Part shown: piece after piece, positions 11,215-20,175 of the stretch
Layout: every line of letters begins with the position of its first letter
How positions within the stretch are numbered: the stretch's first letter is position 1
From: Gemmatimonadota bacterium
GTDB lineage: Bacteria; Gemmatimonadota; Gemmatimonadetes; Gemmatimonadales; GWC2-71-9
Assembly: GCA_003221045.1 (NCBI GenBank)
Contig: QHUC01000183.1
Span: 1 to 52,135 of the forward strand
Reading direction: 5' to 3'
Length of the DNA stretch: 52,135 nucleotides
The notes under the pieces: generated by a model
Told to the model about the DNA's origin: nothing
What the model saw: only the letters and a program-made list of their open reading frames with translations
Databases searched by the model: none
Position numbers and translations under genes: made by a program

Positions 11215-11963
11215 GCCTCGTGAACCTGAAACTCGTCGGGGTCGTGATCTTGCTCGCCGTCCTGCCGACTCTACGGCCGGCCATGGATATCCACGCTGAG
11301 TACGTGAAGTTCGTCTCGGGTCACGACACCCTCACCGCGTACCTCGCCTACCCCGAGCGCAAGGATCGCGCGCCTGCCGTGGTCGTGATTCACGAAGTGT
11401 TCGGCCTGTCGGACTTCATTCGGCAGACCACGGAGCAGCTCGCCCGAGACGGTTTCGTCGCCGTCGCTCCCGACCTCCTGTCGCGGCGGGGGGGCACGCC
11501 GCCATCGCCGGACGACGCGCGCAAGCTCATTGCGACCCTCAACCCCGATACGGTCACACAGGATCTCGACGCGACGGTCGCATACGTAAAGCGGCTCAAG
11601 GCGGCCCGACCTGATCGCGTGGGGGTGATCGGCTTCTGTTGGGGCGGTGGGCAGAGTTTCCGCTACGCGACGAACAACCCATCGCTGCGGGCGTTCGTGG
11701 TGTGCTACGGCCCCGGCCCGGACGCGATGGCGATCGCCCGCCTCCGGGCGGCCGGGCTCGGCGTCTACGCCGAGAACGACGCGCGCATCAACTCGGGTCT
11801 CACCGACGTGGACGCGGCGGTCCGGACCTACCACAAGAAGTACCGCTACGACGTCTATCCCGGCGTGGGCCACGGCTTCTTCCGGACGCGCGAAAAGCCT
11901 GAGGTTGCTGACAGCGCGTGGAAGGCGGTCGTGGGGTTCTTTAGAGCAAATCTTGAGCGGTAG
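11211..11963 (+). CDS. dienelactone hydrolase family protein (exported?)
   Basis: The GTG at 11211 overlaps the E1-alpha TGA (GTGA) and follows GGGAGG. Hydrophobic N-terminus. Motifs: VVVIHEVFGL, nucleophile motif GFCWGG, and GVGHGF near the C-terminus. Confidence 0.8.
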   Translation: MSLVNLKLVGVVILLAVLPTLRPAMDIHAEYVKFVSGHDTLTAYLAYPERKDRAPAVVVIHEVFGLSDFIRQTTEQLARDGFVAVAPDLLSRRGGTPPSPDDARKLIATLNPDTVTQDLDATVAYVKRLKAARPDRVGVIGFCWGGGQSFRYATNNPSLRAFVVCYGPGPDAMAIARLRAAGLGVYAENDARINSGLTDVDAAVRTYHKKYRYDVYPGVGHGFFRTREKPEVADSAWKAVVGFFRANLER

Positions 11964-11972
11964 GGCGGCAAA

Positions 11973-11991
11973 GGCGGCAACTACTGCCGCC
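11973..11991. terminator. short GC hairpin between convergent genes
   Basis: GGCGGCA-actac-TGCCGCC (7-bp perfect stem) between the stop at 11963 (+) and the stop at 11981 (-). Confidence 0.3.
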
Positions 11992-13291
11992 CCAGGCCGC
12001 CCTTCAGGTACTGCCGCGCACGGTCCAGCGCGGGCTCGTTTCCGGCGAGCAGGTCGTTCACCGTGCGCGGGACGAGGACGTCCGGCTTGATCCCGACCCC
12101 TGCGAACTCGGTGCCATCGGGGGCGAGGTGGCGCGCGACGGAGAACTGGACGCCCCAGTTCTTCGGCAGCGCGAAGGCAGCGACGTCTCCCGGACTCCCG
12201 GCCGACGGCTCGCCGATGATCACGCCGCGCCCCTCCGCCCGAAACGCCGCCAGCAAATCCTCAGCTGCTCCGGAGGTCGCGCTCGACGCCAGTACCGCCA
12301 TGGGCCCCCCGTACGACGGTCGCTCGGTGCGTGGTGCAACCGTTCCGGCGTCCAGGCCGTACCACGTAAAGGCCGAGTCGGCCAGGTTCCACGCCCGGAA
12401 CCCGGCGCGATAGACGGGCGTTTTCCAGCGCACCGCGGGGAAGGGGCGGTCGGAGAGGCGCGCCAGGATCTGGTAGGCGTATTCGGTCTTGCCGGACACG
12501 GCGCGCCGCAGATCCAGAACAATGCCCTGCACCCGCCCGAAGTCCGGGAAGGCAAGGTCGAGCTGGCGTACCGCCTCGGCGTCCCCGAGCGATGCGATGT
12601 GCACGACGGCGACGCCACCGGGCAGCGTGTCCATGGCGAACGCGGCCGGCTCGAGCGGCCAGCGATCGTTGAGCGACAGGCTGCGGGTCACGCTCAGACC
12701 GCGCGGCTCGCCGCGGGGCACGCGCACGAGCAGGTGGAGCGACGTGCCCTTCTCGCCCTCGAGCATCCAGGCGACCGCGCGCTGCCAGCGATCCGCGGGC
12801 ATGGCGGCGGAGATTTCCGGGAGCACGGAGTCCCGGATCCACAGCTCCGCGGGAATTCCCTGGACCGCGATGATCTCGGCGAGGCGCTCGGGCCGGGCCA
12901 CGCGCATCTCGTCGTTCTCGGCGTAGTCCAAGATGAAGGGGCGCCGCTCGGCGCTCTCCAGGAGGAGCGGCGGGCGGGCAATACGGGATCGAAGGTGTGC
13001 GGGCGCGATCACGACGGCCTGCCCGTCGCCGAGGAGGGCGACCAGGCGACGCAGCCGCCGATAAAAGAGAAGGTCAGGCTGTGGCTCGGTGGCGAGCTTC
13101 AGGTTTGCCGCGAGCGCCGAGTCCCAGTCCGCGCGGACGCGGTCCCAGTACGCGTAATTGTAGCGAGCCTCGGCCCAAATGGTGGCCACCGCCACACCGC
13201 GCTCCGTGGCGGTGAGCTGCTGGCCCGCGAGCGCCTGCGGCACGAACGCCGCCGCAATCGACCATGAGAGGAGCCTCGAGCGAGTGGCCAC
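11981..13291 (-). CDS. peptidase S41 family (tail-specific/C-terminal processing protease-like), secreted
   Basis: Signal peptide MATRSRLLSWSIAAAFVPQALAGQ. S41-type segment LASSATSGAAEDLLAAFRAEGRGVIIGEPSAGSPG. Confidence 0.7.
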   Translation of the reverse strand: MATRSRLLSWSIAAAFVPQALAGQQLTATERGVAVATIWAEARYNYAYWDRVRADWDSALAANLKLATEPQPDLLFYRRLRRLVALLGDGQAVVIAPAHLRSRIARPPLLLESAERRPFILDYAENDEMRVARPERLAEIIAVQGIPAELWIRDSVLPEISAAMPADRWQRAVAWMLEGEKGTSLHLLVRVPRGEPRGLSVTRSLSLNDRWPLEPAAFAMDTLPGGVAVVHIASLGDAEAVRQLDLAFPDFGRVQGIVLDLRRAVSGKTEYAYQILARLSDRPFPAVRWKTPVYRAGFRAWNLADSAFTWYGLDAGTVAPRTERPSYGGPMAVLASSATSGAAEDLLAAFRAEGRGVIIGEPSAGSPGDVAAFALPKNWGVQFSVARHLAPDGTEFAGVGIKPDVLVPRTVNDLLAGNEPALDRARQYLKGGLGRQ

Positions 13292-14423
13292 GCGGCTAAT
13301 CTATCTGCTTCTGTTCCTCGCGCCCCAGGTGCTCATCTACCTGTATCTGCGCGAGCGCCTGCCGGACCCCAACCAGCCCGATCGGGCGCGCGTTGTGCGC
13401 CGCGCGCTGGCCGTGATCTTCATCACGCTGAACATCCCCTGGCTCCTGGTCGGCGCGCGCGTCCTGTTCGGCGGAAGCGTGTGGAGCGTCGGCCGCATCC
13501 CCTTCACCGGTCCGTGGATCGCCTGGCAGCTGCTGGGATGGATCGTGCAACCACTCACCACGGACCACGCAGTGCTTTCTCGCCGCCGCTTTCTCGCCCG
13601 CGCCACGTACATCTACGCTGGCGCCGGTGCCGCCCTGTCGGCGCACGGGATCTGGAGCGCCTATCGGCTCCCCACGATCACCCGACGCACACTCTCCTTC
13701 CCGGACCTCCCGCCCGGTCTCGATGGTCTTCGGCTGCTCCATCTCTCCGACCTGCACGCCGGCATGCACCTCGGAGAAGACCAGATGCAGGAGATCGTGG
13801 CGCGGGCGAACGCCCTCCAGCCGGAACTGATCGTCCAGACCGGCGACATGATCGACATCTCGCGTGACTACATCCCGCCGTACGTTCGCGCGTTTCGCGA
13901 CCTGTCGGCGCCCCTCGGCGTGGTCACGGTGCTCGGCAACCACGATCGCTACACCGGCGAGCGGGAGGTCATCCGCGCCTGTCGCGATGCGGGACAGGTG
14001 TTCGTGCAAAACGGCTGCCACCTGGTCGAGCGCAACGGTGCCGCGCTCGCGCTCCTGGGAATCGACGATCCGCACAACTGGAAGGTGGACGATCCGCAGC
14101 CGGCGGACGTGGATGCCGCGCTGCGGGCCGCGCCGCCCCCATCCCAGGCCTTTCGGGTGCTGCTCGCCCACCGCCCCGGCGCGTGGGACACCGCCGCGCC
14201 GCGCGGCATCCCGCTCACCTTGGCCGGGCACATCCATGGCGGCCAGTTCTATTTGCCGCTGATCGGTTGGTCGGCCGGGCGGCTGATCACCAAATACGTG
14301 ATGGGGCACTTCCAACGGGGGAACAGCCAGCTGTATGTGAGTCGCGGCATCGGCGTCGTCGGCGTGCCGATTCGAGTGTTCACGCCGCCGGAGATAGAGC
14401 TATTTGAACTGCGACGGATATAA
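13284..14423 (+). CDS. membrane-anchored metallophosphoesterase (YkuE/calcineurin-like)
   Basis: The 5' part of the track ORF is antisense to the S41 gene. In-frame GTG at 13284 (start uncertain). Several N-terminal TM helices. Motifs: HLSDLHAG, GDMID, GNHD, GHIHGGQ. Confidence 0.8.
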   Translation: MATRLIYLLLFLAPQVLIYLYLRERLPDPNQPDRARVVRRALAVIFITLNIPWLLVGARVLFGGSVWSVGRIPFTGPWIAWQLLGWIVQPLTTDHAVLSRRRFLARATYIYAGAGAALSAHGIWSAYRLPTITRRTLSFPDLPPGLDGLRLLHLSDLHAGMHLGEDQMQEIVARANALQPELIVQTGDMIDISRDYIPPYVRAFRDLSAPLGVVTVLGNHDRYTGEREVIRACRDAGQVFVQNGCHLVERNGAALALLGIDDPHNWKVDDPQPADVDAALRAAPPPSQAFRVLLAHRPGAWDTAAPRGIPLTLAGHIHGGQFYLPLIGWSAGRLITKYVMGHFQRGNSQLYVSRGIGVVGVPIRVFTPPEIELFELRRI

Positions 14424-14435
14424 CGGCGACGAATG

Positions 14436-14484
14436 GAGAAGCGACGGGTGGGAACCACCACGCCTTTTCCATCCGTCGCTTCTC
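14436..14484. terminator. hairpin between convergent genes (bidirectional terminator candidate)
   Basis: Perfect 12-bp inverted repeat: GAGAAGCGACGG (14436-14447) / CCGTCGCTTCTC (14473-14484), with a 25-nt loop containing TTTT. It lies between the stops at 14423 (+) and 14483 (-). Confidence 0.45.
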
Positions 14485-15073
14485 ATTCCGTCGCTGCTTT
14501 GTCCGCCGCCTTTATTGCATCCCACGCCCCGTCCAGCGCCAGCTTGATTCCCGCATGCGTCTCCGGCCACTCCCTCGCCGAGACATGATCGATCGCCAGC
14601 GTCAGCACGGCGAGCCACACGCCGGCCCACACTTCCGCAGCGCCCGGCTTCACGGATCCATCGGCCTTACCCTGCGCGATGAGGCTCTCGAGGCCCAGCC
14701 GGAAATCCCGTCCGGCCTTGCGACTCTCGTCATCCAGCAGATCGTCGTGGCGCTGTACGAAGAAGAGCCGCGCCACGGCGGGCTCGCGCACGGCGCCGGC
14801 CACCAGCTCGCGGGCGAGCTCGGCGAGCTTCTCGCGCGGCCCGACCTTGAGTGCGTCGGCGTCCCGCACCAGCTTCGTGGCCCAGCGGGCGGCGGCGCGG
14901 TACAGCTCGTTGAAGAAATGCTGCTTGCCCGTGAAGTGCCGGTAGATGGTCCCTTCCGCGACGCCGGCCTTCTTCGCGATCTGGGGGGTGGTGGTCTCGT
15001 GGTAGCCCTGCGTCGTGAACAGCTCGAGCGCCGCGCGGACGAGACGCTCCCGGGTGAGATCGGCCTGGGTCAT
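14483..15073 (-). CDS. TetR/AcrR family transcriptional regulator
   Basis: In-frame ATG at 15073 (MTQADLTRERLVRAALELFTTQGYHETTTPQIAKKAGVAEGTIYRHF), which is the TetR HTH signature. Confidence 0.9.
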   Translation of the reverse strand: MTQADLTRERLVRAALELFTTQGYHETTTPQIAKKAGVAEGTIYRHFTGKQHFFNELYRAAARWATKLVRDADALKVGPREKLAELARELVAGAVREPAVARLFFVQRHDDLLDDESRKAGRDFRLGLESLIAQGKADGSVKPGAAEVWAGVWLAVLTLAIDHVSAREWPETHAGIKLALDGAWDAIKAADKAATE

Positions 15074-15177
15074 CGGGCGCGAATCTAACCTAATCGCAGG
15101 GTTCCTTCCGCCACGGGTCCCCGCTAGGTTTCCGCCGCTCAGATTGTCCGCGATTTCCATCCGGAGGCTTTTCCGCA

Positions 15178-16311
15178 ATGCGCATGCTGGTGTTGGGTGC
15201 GGGCTTGCAGGGGTCCGCCTGCGCCTATGATCTCTTGCAACGGCCCGAGGTCGCTCAGGTCACCATCGCGGATCTGAAGCCGGAGCGGATTCACGGTTTT
15301 CTGAAGCCCTACGTGGGGAAGCGGCTCACCCTGCTGAAGCTCGACGTGCAGGATGGCGCCGCACTGCGCGCGGCGATGTCTGGTCACGGAGCGGTGCAGA
15401 ACGCGGCACCCTATTACTTCAACTTCGAGGTGTCCCGCGCCGCGGTGGAAACAGGGATTCACTGTGCCGACCTGGGCGGCAACACGGAGATCGTCTTCCA
15501 GCAGAAGCAGCTCGATGAGGACGCGAAGCGACGCGGCGTGTCCGTGATCCCCGACTGCGGTCTCGCCCCCGGGATGGTGAACATCCTGGCGTCCGAGGGA
15601 ATCCGTCGCGTCGGTGAGGCCGACACCGTCAAGATTTTCGTCGGCGGCCTGCCGCAGCATCCCGAGCCTCCCCTCAACTACCAGATCGTGTACTCGCTCG
15701 AGGGCGCGCTCGACTATTACACGACGCCTTCGTGGGTGCTGCGGGAGGGTAAACCGACCCGCGTGGATGCCTTGTCCGAGCTCGAGTCGGTCACGTTCCC
15801 GCCGCCGGTGGGCGAGCTCGAGGCGTTCCACACTGGCGGGGGCATCTCGACGCTGCCGTGGGCGTACCAAGGCAAGGTCCGCACCATGGAATACAAGACG
15901 CTCCGCTATCCGGGCCACATCGCGATCATGCGCCCGATTCGCGAGCTCGGCCTGCTGGACGCGACCCCGATCAAGGTGAAGGGGAAGGAGATTGTGCCGC
16001 GCGATGCGTTCATCGCGGCCGTATCGCCCAAGCTCACGAAGCCCGAGGCGCGCGATCTCGTGGCGCTCCGAGTCGAGGTGCGCGGCAAGAACGGCAAGCG
16101 GGTCGCGTGGCAGCTGCTCGATTACTCGGACGAGGCGCACGGGATCAGTGCGATGATGCGGACGACGGGCTACTCGCTCGCGATCATCGGCATGATGCAG
16201 GTGGACGGCCGCGTCAGGGCGTTGGGCGTGCAAACGCCGGACGAGGCGGTGACGTTCGGCGACTACGTGAGCGAGCTCGCGAAACGCGGAGTGGAGATTC
16301 GGGAAATCTAA
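15178..16311 (+). CDS. saccharopine dehydrogenase-family NAD(P)-binding oxidoreductase
   Basis: Divergent from the TetR gene. GGAGG lies 12 nt upstream. Rossmann start MRMLVLGAGLQGSACAYDL. The C-terminal domain is typical of the Sacchrp_dh family. Confidence 0.7.
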   Translation: MRMLVLGAGLQGSACAYDLLQRPEVAQVTIADLKPERIHGFLKPYVGKRLTLLKLDVQDGAALRAAMSGHGAVQNAAPYYFNFEVSRAAVETGIHCADLGGNTEIVFQQKQLDEDAKRRGVSVIPDCGLAPGMVNILASEGIRRVGEADTVKIFVGGLPQHPEPPLNYQIVYSLEGALDYYTTPSWVLREGKPTRVDALSELESVTFPPPVGELEAFHTGGGISTLPWAYQGKVRTMEYKTLRYPGHIAIMRPIRELGLLDATPIKVKGKEIVPRDAFIAAVSPKLTKPEARDLVALRVEVRGKNGKRVAWQLLDYSDEAHGISAMMRTTGYSLAIIGMMQVDGRVRALGVQTPDEAVTFGDYVSELAKRGVEIREI

Positions 16312-16312
16312 C

Positions 16313-16379
16313 GCGAACAGGGTGGGGCTCCCTGCGCGACAACAATACGCAGTCGCTCCGGGAACCTCACCCTGTTCGC
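16313..16379. terminator. 12-bp perfect inverted repeat between convergent genes
   Basis: GCGAACAGGGTG (16313-16324) / CACCCTGTTCGC (16368-16379), 43-nt loop. It lies between the stops at 16311 (+) and 16386 (-). Confidence 0.35.
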
Positions 16380-16385
16380 CATTGC

Positions 16386-17615
16386 TCAGTAGCTCCACCC
16401 ACTCGCGAATAAGAACCGCCCGCCCTCGCTGCTGTGGCCGTACCCGAGCACAACCAGCGAATTGCGGAGCAGGCGCAGCGCGACCTCCCCGCCGCCGCTC
16501 CGGTGCAGACCGGTGGTGGTGAGGCGCACCGCTTCGCCCGGTCCGAACACGCGCCCCGCGTCGTAGAAGGCCACCAGTTTCAGCTCCACCGCGTCGCCCA
16601 CGGCGATCACCGCAAAGCGCGCTTCGAGACCGCCGAGCAGCTTACCGCGTCCGGTGAAGCGCCCATCGTAGAATGCCCGGAGCGAATAGTAGCCTCCGAC
16701 GGCGACGAAGGGCCGTTCGCTGGACTCCATCTCCTGCTGCGCGGCCAGGGGAGGACTGCAACCCATCCCCTCGGCGGCGAGTCGTCCCGCGAGCACGAGA
16801 CGCCGCACCGGGCGCACTTGCAGGCGCGCGTCGCCCGTCGTCCGGGTGTAGCCCGTCCCGCTCGCGAACAGTGCTTCCACGAAGATGCCCGTGTGCGGGT
16901 CGACCTCGCTCTCCCGCGTGTCCAGCACGAGGCCCGCCCGCACCACCTTATCCGTGAACGGCACGGTGGCAGGGTCCACGGTGCCGGCGGTGAGATCCGT
17001 GAGGAACACGGACGGACCGGGTAGGGCGCGAAAGTCGGTCCGGGTGAGGGAGCCGCCTGCGAGGATCCTGAGCGGCCCGACGACGCGGCGTTCGAGTGTG
17101 GCGCGGGCCGTCAGCCGCTCGCGGCTCACGCGGTAGAAATACGGCCCCACCGTCTTGATGCTGTCGGGGGAATACCGAGTGTCGTTGCCGAGGCCGTAAT
17201 ACCCGAGCCGGTTCTGACGCCTCGCGCCCAGAGAAATCGCCACGCGCCATCCATCCCACCACGCCGGCGCGCGGGCGTCCGCGAGGATGCTGTAGCTCCC
17301 TTGAGTGCTGGCGCCGGCGTCGACGTTCAGCGCCGCCCGATCGGGCTCCGGGCGCTCAACGAAGCCGAGCGGGCTGTATCGGCCGTAATGGAGGGCTCCC
17401 ACCAGCCCCTCCGCCGGACTGTAGGCGACGTAGGGATAGAAATTGGAACGCCAGTAGCGTTGCCCACGGAGTGCCGAGGGGAGGGCCGCCGTGAGCAGCG
17501 CCAGTGCGATACTACCGACTCGCGGCGGGCTGATCGTAGAGGTATGCCATGTCTCGGAGCTTCGCCTCGGTGCCGTCGTGCGCCGCGTAACGAGCCGCAT
17601 AGAGCGAGGCGGCAC
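16386..17615 (-). CDS. outer-membrane beta-barrel protein (Omp85/surface-antigen-like barrel without POTRA)
   Basis: 409-aa ORF with alternating beta-strand pattern, many G/Y/R residues, and a C-terminal aromatic end ...FASGWSY. Hydrophobic IALALLTAALPSAL after a long charged N-region. The start (17615 or 17600) overlaps the upstream gene by ~90-100 nt and is uncertain. Confidence 0.5.
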   Translation of the reverse strand: MPPRSMRLVTRRTTAPRRSSETWHTSTISPPRVGSIALALLTAALPSALRGQRYWRSNFYPYVAYSPAEGLVGALHYGRYSPLGFVERPEPDRAALNVDAGASTQGSYSILADARAPAWWDGWRVAISLGARRQNRLGYYGLGNDTRYSPDSIKTVGPYFYRVSRERLTARATLERRVVGPLRILAGGSLTRTDFRALPGPSVFLTDLTAGTVDPATVPFTDKVVRAGLVLDTRESEVDPHTGIFVEALFASGTGYTRTTGDARLQVRPVRRLVLAGRLAAEGMGCSPPLAAQQEMESSERPFVAVGGYYSLRAFYDGRFTGRGKLLGGLEARFAVIAVGDAVELKLVAFYDAGRVFGPGEAVRLTTTGLHRSGGGEVALRLLRNSLVVLGYGHSSEGGRFLFASGWSY

Positions 17616-18573
17616 CGAACTCGCCTCGCTTGTTCACAGCATAGAACTTGACATCGAACTTGGGCTTGCCGTCCGGACCGAGCAACCGCGGCACGGTGAG
17701 TTGGACCACGCGCTTCAACGTCTCGAGGCAGGCGTCGGTGGGCTTCATGCCCCGGCGCATGGACTCGACCGTCAGGAACCCGCCGCACACCATGATGTTC
17801 GACTCGCCGCGGCCGGTCGATCCGGCGGCGCCGACGGTGTTGTCGGTGTACTGGCCGGCGCCGATGATGGGGCTGTCCCCCACACGCCCCGGGATCTTCC
17901 AGGCGAGCCCGCTCGTCGTGGTGACCGACGAAATGTCCCCTTGCGGCGTGACCGCGTTGCAGTTGATGGTCCCTGTGGGCCGGGTCGACATGTGCTGGGC
18001 TTCCGGTACGTCGAGATAGTCGTCGTCCGGGTTGAGGTTCGCGCGCCAGTGCAGCCACGCCTCGCGTGAGTGCTCGGTAAGGAGGTCCTCCTCCTTGAAG
18101 CCGTACTGCAGTGCGAACCGCTTGGCCCCTTCTCCTACCAGGAAGATGTGGTTGGTGTACTTGAGCACGAGCTTCGCGACCTCGGAGGGTGTCTTGATCC
18201 CCTCGAGTGCTCCCACGGCGCCGGCCCGCTTGGTGGGCCCGTGCATGCACGACGCGTCGAGCTGCACGACGCCCTCGGCGTTGGGAAGCCCCCCGTAGCC
18301 GACCGAATCGTCGTTCGGGTCGAGCTCCTGGATCTTGACGCCTTCGATCACGGCGTCGAGCGTGTCCGCTCCCTGCATCAGCATATCGAAGGCTTTCTGC
18401 ACGGCGCGCAGGCCGTTGGCGCTCGCGACCGCCACCGGCTTGGCCGCCCAGCGGCTCGGCGGCGGGAGGGGGCGGGGCGGGCGAATGGGGAAGGCGATGT
18501 CATGGGCAGTCGTCGCGGCGATGCCCGCTGCAGTGGAGGCGACGAACTCTCGACGGGACACACGGTGCTTCAC
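17512..18573 (-). CDS. Ntn-hydrolase of the asparaginase_2 family (glycosylasparaginase / isoaspartyl peptidase), Tat-exported
   Basis: In-frame GTG at 18573 gives VKHRVSRREFVASTAAGIAATTA (twin-arginine signal). Family motif TTTSGLAWKIPGRVGDSPIIGAGQYTDNTVGAAGSTGRGE. Confidence 0.8.
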   Translation of the reverse strand: MKHRVSRREFVASTAAGIAATTAHDIAFPIRPPRPLPPPSRWAAKPVAVASANGLRAVQKAFDMLMQGADTLDAVIEGVKIQELDPNDDSVGYGGLPNAEGVVQLDASCMHGPTKRAGAVGALEGIKTPSEVAKLVLKYTNHIFLVGEGAKRFALQYGFKEEDLLTEHSREAWLHWRANLNPDDDYLDVPEAQHMSTRPTGTINCNAVTPQGDISSVTTTSGLAWKIPGRVGDSPIIGAGQYTDNTVGAAGSTGRGESNIMVCGGFLTVESMRRGMKPTDACLETLKRVVQLTVPRLLGPDGKPKFDVKFYAVNKRGEFGAASLYAARYAAHDGTEAKLRDMAYLYDQPAASR

Positions 18574-18609
18574 GGCGCGGACTCCGAAAAAGTGAAGGTG
18601 CGTACGTTT

Positions 18610-19134
18610 ATGCCGTACGCGGGCGCTGTCAACTTGCTCCGCCTGCACGCGCGCCCTAACGTTCCGACCGTGGACTTCGCGGATCGGCCGAGCCTGCGTG
18701 GAGTGATGCGCGGGATCCTTGGGGCCGCCCTGGCGCTCGCGGGCCCCGCGCTCGTCGTGGTGTCCATCGGCGCCCGCCACATCGAATGGCCCCTCGTGAC
18801 GCTCGTGCTCACCCTGTGGGCGGCGTGGAGCTTCTACGACGGCCTCTACAGCACGGTGGTGGAGCCCCTCAGCCGGTTCGTGACCAACGCGTTCACAGGC
18901 GGCGCCATGCCGGACGGCACGAGGATCACCATCGACCAGGAGACGGCGATGCTCGAGCGCCTGCTCAATGCCGATCCGCCGCCGTTGCCCCATCGGGTGC
19001 TGCTCGCCGGCATCCGGCTCGCCGAGATTTACCGAACGCACCAACACGACACTGCAAAGGCCGAGGCGCTCATCGGCCGCCTGCTAGAACGATACCCGGA
19101 GGCGCCCGAGCTCCAGCATGTCCGCCCCCGTTGA
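18610..19134 (+). CDS. hypothetical membrane protein (2 TM + helical C-terminal domain)
   Basis: 3' part of track ORF 18070-19134. Candidate starts: ATG 18610, or GTG/ATG 18703/18706. TM segments GILGAALALAGPALVVV and WPLVTLVLTLWAAW. Its end overlaps the next gene's start. Confidence 0.5.
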   Translation: MPYAGAVNLLRLHARPNVPTVDFADRPSLRGVMRGILGAALALAGPALVVVSIGARHIEWPLVTLVLTLWAAWSFYDGLYSTVVEPLSRFVTNAFTGGAMPDGTRITIDQETAMLERLLNADPPPLPHRVLLAGIRLAEIYRTHQHDTAKAEALIGRLLERYPEAPELQHVRPR

Positions 19135-19840
19135 CCTGTCCCTGGTCGTCCCGGTGTACAATGAGCGCGAGAACCTGCCGCTCCTGGTAGAGGAAATCGC
19201 CAGGGCGCTGCCCGGGCGGCGGTACGAGATCGTCGCCGTGGACGATGGCTCGACCGACGGGTCGCTCGACGTGCTCAGGGCGCTGAAGCGGGAGCACCCG
19301 GAACTGCACATTGTGGCGTTCGCGGCGAACGCCGGGCAAACGGCGGCCTTTGCTGCAGGATTCGACGCGGCACGGGGTGGCGTGATCGTCACGCTCGACG
19401 CGGACCTCCAGAACGATCCAGCGGATATCCCCGCGGTGATCGCCGAGCTCGAGCGTAGCGGCGCGGCCGCCGTAGCGGGGTACCGGGTGAACCGACGCGA
19501 CAGCGCATGGAAGCGGCTGCAGAGTAGCATCGCCAATGGCGTGCGCAACCGGTTGAACCGCGAGACGATCCGGGACACCGGCTGCTCCCTCAAGGCGTTC
19601 CGCGCTGAGGCGGTGCGGGCGCTGCCGCTGTTCAACGGGATGCATCGATTCCTGCCGACCCTCGTGCGCATGCGCGGAGGGACGGTCGCCGAGGTGCCTG
19701 TGAGGCATCGGCCGCGGCGGTTCGGCCGGACGAAGTATGGGATGTGGAATCGCGTGTTTCGCGCCCTGGCGGACGCACTGGCCGTGCGCTGGATGCAGCG
19801 CCGGGCCCTACGCTACCGCGTACGGGAGGAGCTGCCCTAA
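19118..19840 (+). CDS. family-2 glycosyltransferase, polyprenol-phosphate sugar transferase type (DPM1/GtrB/ArnC-like)
   Basis: LSLVVPVYNERENLPLLVEEI..YEIVAVDDGSTDGS..TLDADLQNDP. 240 aa, no C-terminal TM helices. Confidence 0.8.
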   Translation: MSAPVDLSLVVPVYNERENLPLLVEEIARALPGRRYEIVAVDDGSTDGSLDVLRALKREHPELHIVAFAANAGQTAAFAAGFDAARGGVIVTLDADLQNDPADIPAVIAELERSGAAAVAGYRVNRRDSAWKRLQSSIANGVRNRLNRETIRDTGCSLKAFRAEAVRALPLFNGMHRFLPTLVRMRGGTVAEVPVRHRPRRFGRTKYGMWNRVFRALADALAVRWMQRRALRYRVREELP

Positions 19841-20175
19841 TGCACGACGACTGGGTACGGCAGATCGATCTTGAGCTGGACGGCGAGCTCAGCCTCACCG
19901 AGCGCGCCGCGTTGGCCCGCCACCTCGCCACGTGCCGGCACTGCGCCGAGGCGCGGGTGAGCCACCTCGAGATGCGCGTGGCGTTCGCTCGCTCGGCGGG
20001 TGATCCGCACGCGCGCACCGTGCCCCGCCCGCGGATTCGTGGCCGAGCCCTCGCCTTTTGGATGGCGACGAGCCTCGTAGCGGGCGCGGCCGCTGGTTGG
20101 CTGGGACACAGCCGCTGGGGCGGGCCGGGGCCCGGCTCCCTCGAGGCCACGCGTGCGATCTTCGTGGCGCAGTAG
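19840..20175 (+). CDS. zf-HC2 anti-sigma-factor-like single-pass membrane protein
   Basis: The ATG at 19840 shares its A with the upstream TAA. H-x3-C-x2-C motif in ARHLATCRHCAEA. TM segment ALAFWMATSLVAGAAAGWL. 111 aa. Confidence 0.6.
   Translation: MHDDWVRQIDLELDGELSLTERAALARHLATCRHCAEARVSHLEMRVAFARSAGDPHARTVPRPRIRGRALAFWMATSLVAGAAAGWLGHSRWGGPGPGSLEATRAIFVAQ

Noticed and set aside
13284-13291. Apparent 8-nt overlap of two divergent start codons (S41 peptidase ATG at 13291, phosphoesterase GTG at 13284).
   Set aside because: This is probably a start-calling ambiguity for the phosphoesterase. No independent evidence (RBS, conservation) is available to fix its start.
15074-15177. TetR operator in the TetR/saccharopine-dehydrogenase divergent region (AACCTA at 15088-15093 ... 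TAGGTT at 15125-15130).
   Set aside because: Only 6-bp half-sites 32 nt apart and no compact palindrome, so the evidence is too weak.
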